Part shown: piece after piece, positions 18,920-28,918 of the stretch
How the letters are laid out: each line of letters opens with the position of its first letter
How positions within the stretch are numbered: the first letter of the stretch is position 1
IMG/VR virus record: IMGVR_UViG_3300042560_001054
Source: an uncultured virus (IMG/VR IMGVR_UViG_3300042560_001054)
Lineage: Duplodnaviria; Heunggongvirae; Uroviricota; Caudoviricetes
Length of the DNA stretch: 64,000 nucleotides
Direction: 5' to 3' (one strand)
The notes under the pieces: generated by a model
What the model saw: only the letters and a program-made list of their open reading frames with translations
Told to the model about the DNA's origin: nothing
Databases searched by the model: none
Position numbers and translations under genes: made by a program

Positions 18920-19270
18920 CTACTCCTCTTCCGTGTGTTCTCGCTCCAAGTCTATCATGTTTAGCAGAGTATCTCGAATCTGCAGAAAGTCGTCCTCCAA
19001 TAGAACCACGTAGTTCTCTTTGTTTAAACTGAAACCTAATACAGGCGTTCTGCTATCTAATATGGCCTCGGTAACAATTTTTTCAAGAACGTCGGCTTTC
19101 ATTGTAAAAGACTGTTTACCAGTCCACTTATGCTCTATTAAAAGGTCCTTAGACCTGACGTCCCCTTTACGTTGCCAAAAAGCTCCAGAACCAGCGTTTC
19201 TGCCACCCCCAACTTTTTTAGCTAATCTCTTTTCATGCTTTAGAGACTGTTTTTGACCCTCACTCTTCAT
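18920..19270 (-). CDS. Hjc-like PD-(D/E)xK resolvase/endonuclease
   Basis: HEKRLAK, GSGA, KGDV, IEHK. Confidence 0.72.
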   Translation of the reverse strand: MKSEGQKQSLKHEKRLAKKVGGGRNAGSGAFWQRKGDVRSKDLLIEHKWTGKQSFTMKADVLEKIVTEAILDSRTPVLGFSLNKENYVVLLEDDFLQIRDTLLNMIDLEREHTEEE

Positions 19271-20315
19271 CAGGTTCAACAGTCGGGTCAGAACCTAAAG
19301 TGCCTTTGTTTTTAACGATGTCCAAAACTTCTCTTTCTAACTCTTCTTTTAAATCTATCTCTTCTCTTAAAGAGGATAGCAAAGCGTCTGCACCCTGCCA
19401 TTGACGACCAGCGTATCTGTAGTACGCCCCAGCTCTTTTAATGATTTTGTATAAATAACCAATAGCCACAATTTCTTTAGCAAAATCGTAATTACCTTTA
19501 GGAACTGCGCCACCATCAGCAAAGTAGAAATCTACAAAAGCTGATTGAGATGGTGGGGCAGACTTGTTCTTTTTTGTTTGAAACTTAATAGTTTGGCCAA
19601 TACGACGTTTTTCTTGACCGGTTCCCACTTCAACCCAGTCATCTCGTTTAACCTCTACACGTGTAAAGAAAAAGTAGTTCTTAGCCTCTCCTCCAGGAGT
19701 GGTGCGAGGGTCTCCGTAAGTAACACCTATCTTCATACGGTATTGATTAATAATTAACCCAACAAAGGGGCGCTCTTCGTTAATAAGACTACGACTACCA
19801 GCTTTTTCCATTTTTCTAAAAAACTTAGCCATTAACGACGCAGCACGGCCAACAGTAAACTCTTCAAGTTCTTTTTCGTCCTCAGCAGCAGGAACCAAAG
19901 CTGCCAACGAATCAATGACCACACAATCTATCTCCTTTGTCTCTACTAAATCTAAGACAGCAGTTAAAGCAACTTCCATTACGTTAGTTGTTAAAACGTG
20001 AACTCTAGACAAGTCTACTCCGCACATTTCTGCATATTCGGGAACCCACTGCTCTGCTGCTACCCACACAGCAGTAAAACTAGGGTCTTTCTTTTGATTA
20101 GCAGCAATAGTTTTAAGAGCTAATGCTGTTTTTCCATTACTGGCTTCACCAACAATTTCATGCCATTGATTTGTAGGCCACCCGCCACCTAAAATTACAT
20201 CTAAAGCAAGTGAACCTGAAGTAACTCGTGTACTAGGAATTACATCGGACGCAACTACAATTGTTCCGTCACCGTATTTTTTATTAATTAACGCTAATAC
20301 TTTATTAAAACTCAT
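19260..20315 (-). CDS. recA: RecA-family recombinase
   Basis: SGSLALD, GEASNGKT, VIDSLAAL, INQYR.KIG, TTPGG, KNK.APP. Confidence 0.92.
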   Translation of the reverse strand: MSFNKVLALINKKYGDGTIVVASDVIPSTRVTSGSLALDVILGGGWPTNQWHEIVGEASNGKTALALKTIAANQKKDPSFTAVWVAAEQWVPEYAEMCGVDLSRVHVLTTNVMEVALTAVLDLVETKEIDCVVIDSLAALVPAAEDEKELEEFTVGRAASLMAKFFRKMEKAGSRSLINEERPFVGLIINQYRMKIGVTYGDPRTTPGGEAKNYFFFTRVEVKRDDWVEVGTGQEKRRIGQTIKFQTKKNKSAPPSQSAFVDFYFADGGAVPKGNYDFAKEIVAIGYLYKIIKRAGAYYRYAGRQWQGADALLSSLREEIDLKEELEREVLDIVKNKGTLGSDPTVEPDEE

Positions 20316-20674
20316 TATTCAATCTTACCAATGATAGTTGTTGGATTAAAATTATTTGATGTATCTATTTGTTTAGTAGGTTCAGCAGCGCCTGTGCTTG
20401 GCAATCTAACTCCTGGAGTTCCAGTTCCAGACTGCTGTATTGGATATCCGCAGTCATAACATCTTGCTCTAGTATCAGGACTTGACTTGCCGTAGTTTCC
20501 ACTCCCACAGTGTGGACATCTTGAACTGGTCATCGCGCTTTCTGGCAGACGATTTCCAGATTGGGTATGTGTCTGTGGAGCGGGTTGTACAACAGGAGGA
20601 GTATTTTGAGGTATATACGGTGTACTTTGAGGATTTGTATTCGTTCCTAATTTTTTTGACCACCAATCGTTCAT
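20315..20674 (-). CDS. Zinc-ribbon protein with Pro/Gln-rich N terminus
   Basis: CPHC...CYDC. Confidence 0.7.
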   Translation of the reverse strand: MNDWWSKKLGTNTNPQSTPYIPQNTPPVVQPAPQTHTQSGNRLPESAMTSSRCPHCGSGNYGKSSPDTRARCYDCGYPIQQSGTGTPGVRLPSTGAAEPTKQIDTSNNFNPTTIIGKIE

Positions 20675-21144
20675 TTGTTATCCATTTCGTCTATGTCTGT
20701 AAATGTACCAGATATATCAATTAAACCCAACTCGGCAGCAGCAGCGTAACTTGATATTAATGCAGCAAACCCTATGTTTTGATAAAACTGTGTTGTCTCA
20801 ACAAGACCGGTGTCTACTTCGTCCTCTGGCATACCGTGTTTTATCATGTCAGCCTTTTGAACTGCAGCAATAGCTTTTGCGTTTAATTCTGCCATAACAC
20901 TTAAAAAAGGAAGTATAGGCACAACAAAGCTCATTCTATTGGCACTGTCTTCTTCTTCTTTTTCTTTACCCTCGTTACTAATGGGATTTAAATTAAACAC
21001 TTTACCGCCAAATTTATTTGGCTCTTCAATACCCATGTCGTATATGTACCATCTAGCTAATGTAGACAAAGGAACTGAATCTCTAGTAACTATCCAGTCT
21101 GGTTCCTTGTCCTCAGAAAACCTGTTAAAAAATGGAAACTTCAC
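20671..21144 (-). CDS. Hypothetical protein
   Basis: ORF track; coupled to the polymerase. Confidence 0.65.
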   Translation of the reverse strand: MKFPFFNRFSEDKEPDWIVTRDSVPLSTLARWYIYDMGIEEPNKFGGKVFNLNPISNEGKEKEEEDSANRMSFVVPILPFLSVMAELNAKAIAAVQKADMIKHGMPEDEVDTGLVETTQFYQNIGFAALISSYAAAAELGLIDISGTFTDIDEMDNK

Positions 21145-23120
21145 TTAGCGTCTCCCCACCTTTTAGCTACAGTAATATCTGCAATCAATGGAACTTTTAA
21201 CACATTAATCCCCTCCATGGCCTCTCTTAGTTTAGAAACTGTTTCGTCTACTAAGTTGTCTGGGGTTGTTACCACCAGTTCGTCGTGGACGGTAAGCGTA
21301 ATCTTAGCTTGTTTTGGTAGCATTGTATGAGCCCGCACCATAGCTATTTTAATAATATCTGCGGCACTTCCTTGTATTCTAGTATTAAAAGCTTGACGTT
21401 CTGCGCCAGCTCTAACACCTGGGTCCTTAGAAAATATCTCTGGCAAATATCTGCGTCGACCCGTTATGGTGGTCACATAAGGAGGCCTACCTCGTCTAGT
21501 AGCTCCTAAAACTTTAGACCTGTAACTTGCCACAGTCTTAAACCTCTCAGCAAATTTGTTAAGCAAATCCCTTGCTGCTGCTACAGAACACCCAATAGAC
21601 TTAGCAATCTTGTCAGGACCTACTCCATAAGCCATAGAAAGAACTAAAACCTTACCTGCTTTTCTATCTACTCCCATAGTGTCACCAACGGTTGTGTAGA
21701 TGTCTCCACCCTCTAGGTAGTTTTTCATCATAATTGGGTCTTCACTAAACGAAGCAATAACTCTAGGTTCAATCTGAGAATAATCAGCAACTACTAGAGA
21801 GTGTCCTTCTGGGGCAACAAACAGGTTTCTAATAGCTTTTCCATTTGGTGTGTGGGGGGCTGGAACATTTTGTAGATTAGGGTTTCTGCTGGAGAAACGG
21901 CCTGTCTCTGCCCCGTGTTGAATAAAATCACAATGGAGTTTTCCGTTTATTAAAAGACTTTCTTTATGTTCTATTTTAGATTTTCCTGAAACCGTACGTA
22001 CTACATCGCCACCCAAGTACGGGGTTACATAAGTAGTCAAAAGCTTGTTTAAATCAGAGTACTCTAGTAATAACGTTACTAATGTGTCTTTGTCTCTATA
22101 AGGTTCTAAAGCCTCTGCTGATACAGAGTAATGCTCGATAGACAACTCTTTGCCAGCTTTAGCTGCTTCTTCTCCTTTTAGTGTAAGAACCTTAGGCTTT
22201 AAACCTCGACCACCCTCATCTTTAGGTCCATACAAAATGTGTTGTTTTTCTTGATTAGAGTTAATATTAAATTCACGAGATGCGGCTTTCCATATAGAAG
22301 CCTTAGTTTTTTCTAAATCTGCTTCTAAAGACGCATGCAAAGAAGACAAAGCCTCTACATCAATTACAGCACCTGTCAGCTTCATATCACAAAGAACTCT
22401 AAGAACATCCATCTCTAAAGAAAACACTTTAGTTAAATCAGCAGCCTCTAACCTTGGCTGTAAAGTTTTCCAAAGTAAAAATGTGTACTTAGCGTCTAAA
22501 TAAGCGTACTTAGCAACTTCTTCAAAAGAATACTTTTCTACTTCTTTTCCTACACCTTTAACCATCTCATAGTTAAACTCACGTTTTAAACAATCATCCA
22601 ATCCACATTTATTCTTATTACGGTTGTCTACAATAAAAGAAGCAACCATCGTATCAAAGTAAGGCGCTTCTGGAATTCGTCCTTTGTAATATTTAGCAAT
22701 AGAAGTTAAATCAAAAATTAAATTGTGACCTATAGTCAATTTACTATCGTCAAACAACAAAGGTTCTAAAGCAGAAAACACTTCGTTAGGAAACAGTTGG
22801 TCTGGCGCGGGTCCAAATATTTTAGTGGCCTTCTTACTATCTCTTGAATAGTCGCTAAGCCGTAGCGCCAAACCTTCCTGTTTCCTAATCTCTCCTTGTC
22901 CCGTAAGGGGAAATACTTCTTCTATAAACTCTCCGTTTGGATGTCCCATAGGAATTACGTCACAACGACCATGCGTTGCAAAAGTAATCCAAAGAACCTC
23001 GTTTACTGGAGTTAGACCTCTTTGTGGTCCCACAGTCTCCACGTCAAAAGCAAAAGCATCTTGAGTTAGATAGTGACTAACCATTTCTGATAAAGCTTCT
23101 GTAGTGGTAATAATGTTCAT
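21141..23120 (-). CDS. polA: Family A DNA polymerase with 3'-5' exonuclease domain
   Basis: ExoI DVET, HNLIFD, YAYLD; TGRFSSRNPNLQN; motif A DYSQIE; motif B RKAGKVLVLSMAYG; motif C VHDE. Confidence 0.95.
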   Translation of the reverse strand: MNIITTTEALSEMVSHYLTQDAFAFDVETVGPQRGLTPVNEVLWITFATHGRCDVIPMGHPNGEFIEEVFPLTGQGEIRKQEGLALRLSDYSRDSKKATKIFGPAPDQLFPNEVFSALEPLLFDDSKLTIGHNLIFDLTSIAKYYKGRIPEAPYFDTMVASFIVDNRNKNKCGLDDCLKREFNYEMVKGVGKEVEKYSFEEVAKYAYLDAKYTFLLWKTLQPRLEAADLTKVFSLEMDVLRVLCDMKLTGAVIDVEALSSLHASLEADLEKTKASIWKAASREFNINSNQEKQHILYGPKDEGGRGLKPKVLTLKGEEAAKAGKELSIEHYSVSAEALEPYRDKDTLVTLLLEYSDLNKLLTTYVTPYLGGDVVRTVSGKSKIEHKESLLINGKLHCDFIQHGAETGRFSSRNPNLQNVPAPHTPNGKAIRNLFVAPEGHSLVVADYSQIEPRVIASFSEDPIMMKNYLEGGDIYTTVGDTMGVDRKAGKVLVLSMAYGVGPDKIAKSIGCSVAAARDLLNKFAERFKTVASYRSKVLGATRRGRPPYVTTITGRRRYLPEIFSKDPGVRAGAERQAFNTRIQGSAADIIKIAMVRAHTMLPKQAKITLTVHDELVVTTPDNLVDETVSKLREAMEGINVLKVPLIADITVAKRWGDAK

Positions 23121-23136
23121 ATTGTGGGTTCCTTTT

Positions 23137-23174
23137 TTAATAGCAGGATAGGGCACGTCCTACCCTGCTATTAA
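23137..23174 (-). promoter_or_regulatory. Long stem-loop just upstream of the polymerase SD
   Basis: TTAATAGCAGGGTAGG...CCTATCCTGCTATTAA; no U tract. Confidence 0.5.
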
Positions 23175-23194
23175 GTGTTAAAGTGATTTAGTTT

Positions 23195-23869
23195 TTAGAG
23201 AAGTGAATTAGCAATTTCGTCCAACTCTTCCCAAGTTGGTTTACGAATTGCATCAGCAGTGTAAGGTTGTGTGTTTTCAACAACCGCAGCAGCAGTCTCT
23301 GGATTAATCTTCCAGTCTTCTTCCAAGTCACGCTCTTTAATAGGGGTGATGGTGTAAACAGTTGCAGCCATCTTTCCTGTGCGAGAAATCGCCCAGTAAC
23401 CTTTTGTAAGAGGTCCTTGAGGTGAGAAGTGAGCAGCATGTAGAGCCTGATACAAACGAGAACCCGCAATTAACATTTGACGCTGAGGTCCTTCTTCAGC
23501 ACTAAAGTTAACAACAGAGAACGCTCTTTTGTTTTCTGGCTTACTCCCAAGCTTTACACACAATGGGTCGTTGGCTCCAAGAGAAACGTATGAACGTTTT
23601 CCTGAAGTCTTTTGATTAAGGAAGTGTTGCTTATAGATAGCAAAAGGACCGTCTTGGTCCAAGAACTTGAAAACTTGAAATTCGTTTTCAATCAAACGTG
23701 TCTCTACAGGAAAATCTCCCATAGCAGTAGTTAGTTTTTCAGCAGCATCCCATCCTGATAAAACAACATCATCAGAAGAGGATTTGGTAGTTGATTGAGC
23801 AGGACGCTCATCGATTGATTCATCAGCCACATACGCATTGGCATCTGGGGCAGTTTGTTGAATAGCCAT
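23195..23869 (-). CDS. Putative single-stranded DNA-binding protein
   Basis: KFLD..PF..YKQH, RTG...T.Y pattern; position beside polymerase; AAGGAG SD before ATG 23869. Confidence 0.55.
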   Translation of the reverse strand: MAIQQTAPDANAYVADESIDERPAQSTTKSSSDDVVLSGWDAAEKLTTAMGDFPVETRLIENEFQVFKFLDQDGPFAIYKQHFLNQKTSGKRSYVSLGANDPLCVKLGSKPENKRAFSVVNFSAEEGPQRQMLIAGSRLYQALHAAHFSPQGPLTKGYWAISRTGKMAATVYTITPIKERDLEEDWKINPETAAAVVENTQPYTADAIRKPTWEELDEIANSLL

Positions 23870-23882
23870 TTGGCATTTCTCC

Positions 23883-24344
23883 TTAGTTAGTTTCGGTTGT
23901 GCGGATTTCATTCCACACCTCGGTTATCTTGTCTGCAAGATTCCGGTGCGTAGATAATTCTACTCTATCCGCGTGTAGCAGTCCAGCCGAGGCAAATATT
24001 TTTACCACGGCATCCACCATCGCTTTACTGTATAGCCTTCTACCAACGTAGGTTTTTCCATTTTTACCTACAGTATCTGGCATTCGGTAAGGCGATTGTG
24101 GAAACTTACCTTGTTCCATCCATTTACGCAAGGTTTTAGGTGAGCGGTTTATGGCTTTAGCTAAAGACCCTAATGTATACAGTTTTACTTTTTGTCCGTT
24201 TATGAACTTTTCAAAGTACTCGTCTTCCCAAGGCACGATTTCTACCGTAGGTTTTTCTGGGACGGGTTTACGACGTTTGCGTTTGCTTCCTGGATAGAAA
24301 GCGTCTAATTCGCCAAAGGTCTCTTCAATAAAGTCATTAGGCAA
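23883..24344 (-). CDS. MerR-like HTH DNA-binding protein
   Basis: YTLGSLAKAINRSPKTLRKWMEQG...RRLY. Confidence 0.75.
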   Translation of the reverse strand: MPNDFIEETFGELDAFYPGSKRKRRKPVPEKPTVEIVPWEDEYFEKFINGQKVKLYTLGSLAKAINRSPKTLRKWMEQGKFPQSPYRMPDTVGKNGKTYVGRRLYSKAMVDAVVKIFASAGLLHADRVELSTHRNLADKITEVWNEIRTTETN

Positions 24345-24345
24345 C

Positions 24346-24783
24346 TTACTTCTCCAAAATCAAAGCCCAAGTAACCTTCTCTGGAAACATTGAATCAATG
24401 TCAGAGTCGGTCAGTAGTCCTTCATAATATGCAGCCATAATTGCATCTTCATCTAAAACTTCTACAGTTTTAACACAACGTTCTTTTAAAGATTTAGATG
24501 TAAGAACCGTGTCCGCTCTTTCTTCATTAAAAACTTTAGAAGCACGACGTTGTTTAACAATAGACTTAGTACCTGTTGTTTCTTCATTAATTGGAAAAAC
24601 AATATGGCCTTTATCTGTAGGCTCTCCATAGTTTTCTGCAACAGCAAAGATACGACCTTTAATGTCGTCTTTTCTTTTATTTAGGGAGTCTATTTGGTCT
24701 TTAAGAGCTACGTACTGACGTACTTCACCTTTTACGATTTCTAACTGCTCATCAAGCAGAGCATCTACACTATTGTCTGGCAT
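24346..24783 (-). CDS. Hypothetical coiled-coil protein
   Basis: AGGAGG SD; own promoter. Confidence 0.7.
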   Translation of the reverse strand: MPDNSVDALLDEQLEIVKGEVRQYVALKDQIDSLNKRKDDIKGRIFAVAENYGEPTDKGHIVFPINEETTGTKSIVKQRRASKVFNEERADTVLTSKSLKERCVKTVEVLDEDAIMAAYYEGLLTDSDIDSMFPEKVTWALILEK

Positions 24784-24808
24784 TTGTACCTCCTATTAGG
24801 TTGGTACA

Positions 24809-24837
24809 AACTTAATCAGGTAGTTACCCCTTGTCAA
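24809..24837 (-). promoter_or_regulatory. Sigma70/SigA-type promoter
   Basis: TTGACA-17 nt-TAAGTT upstream of the 24783 gene. Confidence 0.75.
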
Positions 24838-24979
24838 CCCCAGATACGTAGTTATTCAAAGCTTCGATAATGACGCTAGTGACTGTGACCTCTTCTAGGG
24901 CAGCCTTCTTCTGGACAGCTGTCCACAGCTCGTCAGATACGCGGATAGTACGCGTTGGAGTCTTAGGTGCATTTGGCAT
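24824..24979 (-). CDS. Ribbon-helix-helix DNA-binding protein (51 aa, not in ORF track)
   Basis: MPNAPKTPTRTIRVSDELWTAVQKKAALEEVTVTSVIIEALNNYV. Confidence 0.75.
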   Translation of the reverse strand: MPNAPKTPTRTIRVSDELWTAVQKKAALEEVTVTSVIIEALNNYVSGVDKG

Positions 24980-25005
24980 TAAACTATTTTAACAGGTACA
25001 AAACC

Positions 25006-25173
25006 CTATTTTCCGCCCCAACCGCTTCCTTTAAATATTAAACCAGGAGCTGAGTAGATTTTAGGCATCAAAACCTGACATCTAGGGCATCTCATTTGAG
25101 CGTCTTCGTGAATAGAAAACTCTCCAGTGCCGTAGGTTTCACACTCTTCACAGCGAAATTCATAGGTTGGCAT
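25006..25173 (-). CDS. FmdB-like zinc-ribbon protein (55 aa, not in ORF track)
   Basis: MPTYEFRCEEC...CPRC...FKGSGW. Confidence 0.8.
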   Translation of the reverse strand: MPTYEFRCEECETYGTGEFSIHEDAQMRCPRCQVLMPKIYSAPGLIFKGSGWGGK

Positions 25174-25182
25174 AGGAGTACT

Positions 25183-26766
25183 CTACACCGAACTATCTAG
25201 TAAAAACTTTTTAAGGCTGCTAATTGTCAGGTCAACTCCACCTTTATCGTTTATACCTGTTCCGTCCAGAACAGCCGAAGCTACAGCGTTCTTCTGTTGT
25301 AGGGCTTCATACTGCCTGACTTCTATAGACCCGCTTACAAGAATGTCTTGTATGACGATTGTGGACCATTCTGAAGACGCTCTGTTGATTCGTCCGTTCC
25401 TTTGAGTAGCCAAGCCAGACGACCAGGGAAGGTCGTAGTTGATAAGAAGATTAGCAGATGGTAAGTCAACGCCATAACCCCCAGCGTCAGAGCTAACAAG
25501 AACCCTAACATTAGGAGAAGTATTAAATTCAACTTTATGTTCCTCTTTAGTTTTAGAATCTATCTGTCCAGAGTAGACTCTGCATATATCAGGTCCAAGC
25601 CTATCAATAATCTTGTTAAGCATCTCTACGTAAGTACAAAAGATAACAAGTTTATTAGACTCATCTTGCTCTAAAAAATCTTTAGAGTAGGCCACCAACA
25701 TGTCAAGCTTGGTTTCTGGCATTGACTCTAAAAGACCTTCATCATCTAATTGAGCTGCGTAGGCGGAGCCTTCTCCCTTAGCTAATCTAAACTTATCAGC
25801 GCTTGATTTAATTAAATTTGGAGAACAACACAGCATCTTTAAACAACCAATTTTAGACATAATTTTGCCACGAAGTTCGTCTCCCTGATTCCATTGACTT
25901 TCATAGCCGTAATGAGCAAGAAGGTTAAAATTAGCACCAAATAAAGTTTGAGCATCGTCTAGGTCTATGAGTAAATCAGACAAAATTCTGGAATACAGTT
26001 TTGCAGACTTTCTATCTAGTATCACTTGAAGAGGCTCTTTGTATAAAGCATCTGGCAAGTAAGGAGCAACATCTGCGTCTTTTTGAGATTTTCTAACGCA
26101 TGCTTCTTTAAGTCGTTCATGTAAAGTGTTTAGGTTTCTGTACCTATCAACCCCGCCCCAGGAGTTTCTTACGATAAACGCAATATCAAATATGTCAAAT
26201 CTACCTAAGACTGACTGGTCGACAAACTGCATAATGCTAAATAGTTCCTCTGGTTTTCCGTTTTCAATAGGAGTTCCAGTTAAAGCAAACCTATACGGAG
26301 CATCTGACAGTTTTTTTACAGCTTTAGAACGTTTAGACCTAAAAGATTTAATAGCGGTAGCTTCGTCTAAAACAACAAATCCTTTTGGTAGCTTTTGAAT
26401 AAACTTCCAATCATTAACTACTTGTTCGTAGTTCAGTATTACGTAATCTATTTTTGTGTCTTTCCAACGATAAACCTTGTTGTACTGAGCTTCTCTTTGT
26501 TTTGGTGTTCCGTCAATGACAATAGCCGTGGACGTTCCTTCTGTAAATTTTTTAATTTGGTTAGCCCACTGATATTTAATACTTGATAAACAAACTATAA
26601 TTCCAGGCTCAGTTACCTTTCCTTCATCCATTAAACGTTCTAAAGCAGCAATAGTCATAATAGTTTTGCCTAAACCTAAGTCGTACGCAACAAGCATTTT
26701 TTTGCGCTCGCACATTCGGTCAACTGCTTCTGGTTGATACGGTAGTAGAGTTCCTTTAAAAGTCAT
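25183..26766 (-). CDS. SNF2-family helicase
   Basis: LLPYQ, DLGLGKT, DEAT, LTGTPIEN, GGYGVDL, QRNGRINR. Confidence 0.9.
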   Translation of the reverse strand: MTFKGTLLPYQPEAVDRMCERKKMLVAYDLGLGKTIMTIAALERLMDEGKVTEPGIIVCLSSIKYQWANQIKKFTEGTSTAIVIDGTPKQREAQYNKVYRWKDTKIDYVILNYEQVVNDWKFIQKLPKGFVVLDEATAIKSFRSKRSKAVKKLSDAPYRFALTGTPIENGKPEELFSIMQFVDQSVLGRFDIFDIAFIVRNSWGGVDRYRNLNTLHERLKEACVRKSQKDADVAPYLPDALYKEPLQVILDRKSAKLYSRILSDLLIDLDDAQTLFGANFNLLAHYGYESQWNQGDELRGKIMSKIGCLKMLCCSPNLIKSSADKFRLAKGEGSAYAAQLDDEGLLESMPETKLDMLVAYSKDFLEQDESNKLVIFCTYVEMLNKIIDRLGPDICRVYSGQIDSKTKEEHKVEFNTSPNVRVLVSSDAGGYGVDLPSANLLINYDLPWSSGLATQRNGRINRASSEWSTIVIQDILVSGSIEVRQYEALQQKNAVASAVLDGTGINDKGGVDLTISSLKKFLLDSSV

Positions 26767-27695
26767 ACGATTGCCTTAAGTCCGTGAAGACAATGCTTTG
26801 CAGTTTCTAATCCAGTAAGTATCTCTGCCTTACTCATACCGCCTACATCTTTCATAGTTGTGGCGGAATAGTTAAAAAACCAAGCTTCAAAACTTAAAGA
26901 CACAGTCAAGTCAAGCATTTTTTGAGCAGCAAGTTTTCCAGCGTCATCGTTATCAAAAGCAAAAACAATCTGGTCAGCGCTCCTGATGAGGCTGATTTGT
27001 TCCTTAGAAACTAAAGAACCAAATGTAGCGACCCCACCAGAAACGCCAACTGAAGATAATCTAACTACGTCTAGAGGAGACTCAACAACAATAAGCCTGC
27101 CACCATCGTACCTGCGAAAGCCAAAAAGAGCTTTGCTTTTTTCCACTCCCGTAGGGTAATTCTTGAAGTAACGTTTGACATAACCTTTCTCCTGCCACCC
27201 CATGAGTTTGTTGGTAAAAGGATTACGTATGGGCGTAATCCAGTTGTTATGTTTGGGGTCCCACAACACTTCGTGTTCTCTAGCTGACTCTAACTTAAAA
27301 CCGCGAGCGGCGAGCGCTTCAGCAGGAGGGTCAGTGAACAAAGCTAAACGAGCCTCTGATATCTCTACAACTTCTTTAAATACAGGTTCTTCTTTTTTCT
27401 CTGCTCTTTCCATAACTAAAGATAAATCTTCGTTTTCTAAATAAAACCAATCTTTAGCGTCTGCGTAATCAACCTGTTTAACGTCACAAATTAAAGACAT
27501 CAAACTTCCTTTGTATCCGCAACTAAAACAAATATGAGCTCCTGTGTCAGCGTTTATGTACCATGAAGGATTGCTGTCTTCTTTTCCTTTAATAGTTTTA
27601 TGGCCAGGACAATAGGACTGAATTTCGCTACCTCTTACAGAAACAACTTCAAGCCCTAATCTAGATAGGACTGTCTCCATCTCTTCTAATCTCAT
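26763..27695 (-). CDS. DNA primase (CHC2 zinc finger plus TOPRIM)
   Basis: CPGH...CFSC; VESPLD; FDNDDAG. Confidence 0.88.
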   Translation of the reverse strand: MRLEEMETVLSRLGLEVVSVRGSEIQSYCPGHKTIKGKEDSNPSWYINADTGAHICFSCGYKGSLMSLICDVKQVDYADAKDWFYLENEDLSLVMERAEKKEEPVFKEVVEISEARLALFTDPPAEALAARGFKLESAREHEVLWDPKHNNWITPIRNPFTNKLMGWQEKGYVKRYFKNYPTGVEKSKALFGFRRYDGGRLIVVESPLDVVRLSSVGVSGGVATFGSLVSKEQISLIRSADQIVFAFDNDDAGKLAAQKMLDLTVSLSFEAWFFNYSATTMKDVGGMSKAEILTGLETAKHCLHGLKAIV

Positions 27696-28918
27696 AGGTC
27701 ATCTCCAGACAACTCTCTAAACTGACCCGTATTCCAATCCCAAAGCAAAGAAGTCTCTGTAGGCCCTGAGTTACGAGCAGCCAATACTTTAAGAATTCTA
27801 GTGTCGTCTACGGTGTCATCTTCTCGTTCCAAACCAAACAATACATCTGCGTCTTGGAAAAAGGAAGAGGAGTAACCAATAGAATCTGTTGTTACCTTGC
27901 CCTTACGCATTTTCCATTGAAGTACTTGAGTAGAAACAACTATTGGCTTATCTACTCTTTGTGCTAATCGTTTTAGGGAACGAGTAATGTTAGTAAGAGC
28001 TAGAGGGGTGTTTGCTTCACCGCTTTGTTCATCAATCATCAAATACACACCGTCAATAAAGATAACGTCAGGTTGAATAGTTTGAATCTTACTTGCTACC
28101 GCTGCAACAGTCTGTCCACCAGCTGCATCAGTTAGCCAGAAGTTATGTGGGTCTGCAGCCATAGCGGTTAGGGAATCTCTGTATCTAGCCTCTTCTTCAT
28201 CTGTAAGGGAACCCGTAATGAGACGATGATGAGAAACCATAGCTCTCATGGCATCGTAACGTTTTTGTTGTTCTGTGTTAGACATTTCAAAAGATTGAAA
28301 TAGTGGAACTGCGCCGTCTTTGTGGATATTTCTAGCCATCTGCAAAGCAAGAGTTGATTTACCTGTTTTAGGAGGTGCAACCAAAACAATTAACTGACCA
28401 TTTTGTAATCCGCTAGTAACGGCATCAATTGTAGGAAATCCAGTTGCGTATCCCAACAATCCTGGGTTTGCCTTTAACTGTTGATATTCGTCCCAACGAG
28501 TTTCTGTAGTCTTAACCAAGTTGACGTCTGTGCTGGTGCTAAGCCCAGCCTCTTCAATCTTAACCATGCCTCGTTGAAGAGCAATAAGAGCTGCTTCGTG
28601 GTCTTGCTCTTTTTCAATTGCTTGAATTGCTTCACGCAACATAGAACTAGTGGCAACTTTACGACGCTTTGAAATTAAATCATCTAACAAAAAGTCCATT
28701 GAGTCGGACAGGTTTAATACTTGATAGGTAGGGAAGTTTTCAGATACAACTTCTAAACTTGGGCACTCACCATATTTTGAAAAGTGTGAACGAAGAAAAA
28801 CCCAGATACGTCGGTCGTCTTGGTCTGGGAACCAAGAGTCTGTTACGCCGCGTTCAAAGAGAGCAGATAAGTCTCTAGTCTGAATTGCAGCACTTATTAA
28901 TTTTGCTTCATTTGTCAT
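27692..28918 (-). CDS. dnaB: DnaB-like replicative helicase
   Basis: TGFPTID, APPKTGKS, SFEM, IDGVYLM, QDAD, ARN. Confidence 0.9.
   Translation of the reverse strand: MTNEAKLISAAIQTRDLSALFERGVTDSWFPDQDDRRIWVFLRSHFSKYGECPSLEVVSENFPTYQVLNLSDSMDFLLDDLISKRRKVATSSMLREAIQAIEKEQDHEAALIALQRGMVKIEEAGLSTSTDVNLVKTTETRWDEYQQLKANPGLLGYATGFPTIDAVTSGLQNGQLIVLVAPPKTGKSTLALQMARNIHKDGAVPLFQSFEMSNTEQQKRYDAMRAMVSHHRLITGSLTDEEEARYRDSLTAMAADPHNFWLTDAAGGQTVAAVASKIQTIQPDVIFIDGVYLMIDEQSGEANTPLALTNITRSLKRLAQRVDKPIVVSTQVLQWKMRKGKVTTDSIGYSSSFFQDADVLFGLEREDDTVDDTRILKVLAARNSGPTETSLLWDWNTGQFRELSGDDL

Noticed and set aside
5202..28918. Inteins or introns in RNR, RecA, polymerase or helicases
   Set aside because: ORFs are continuous, of normal length, and lack splice or homing endonuclease motifs.
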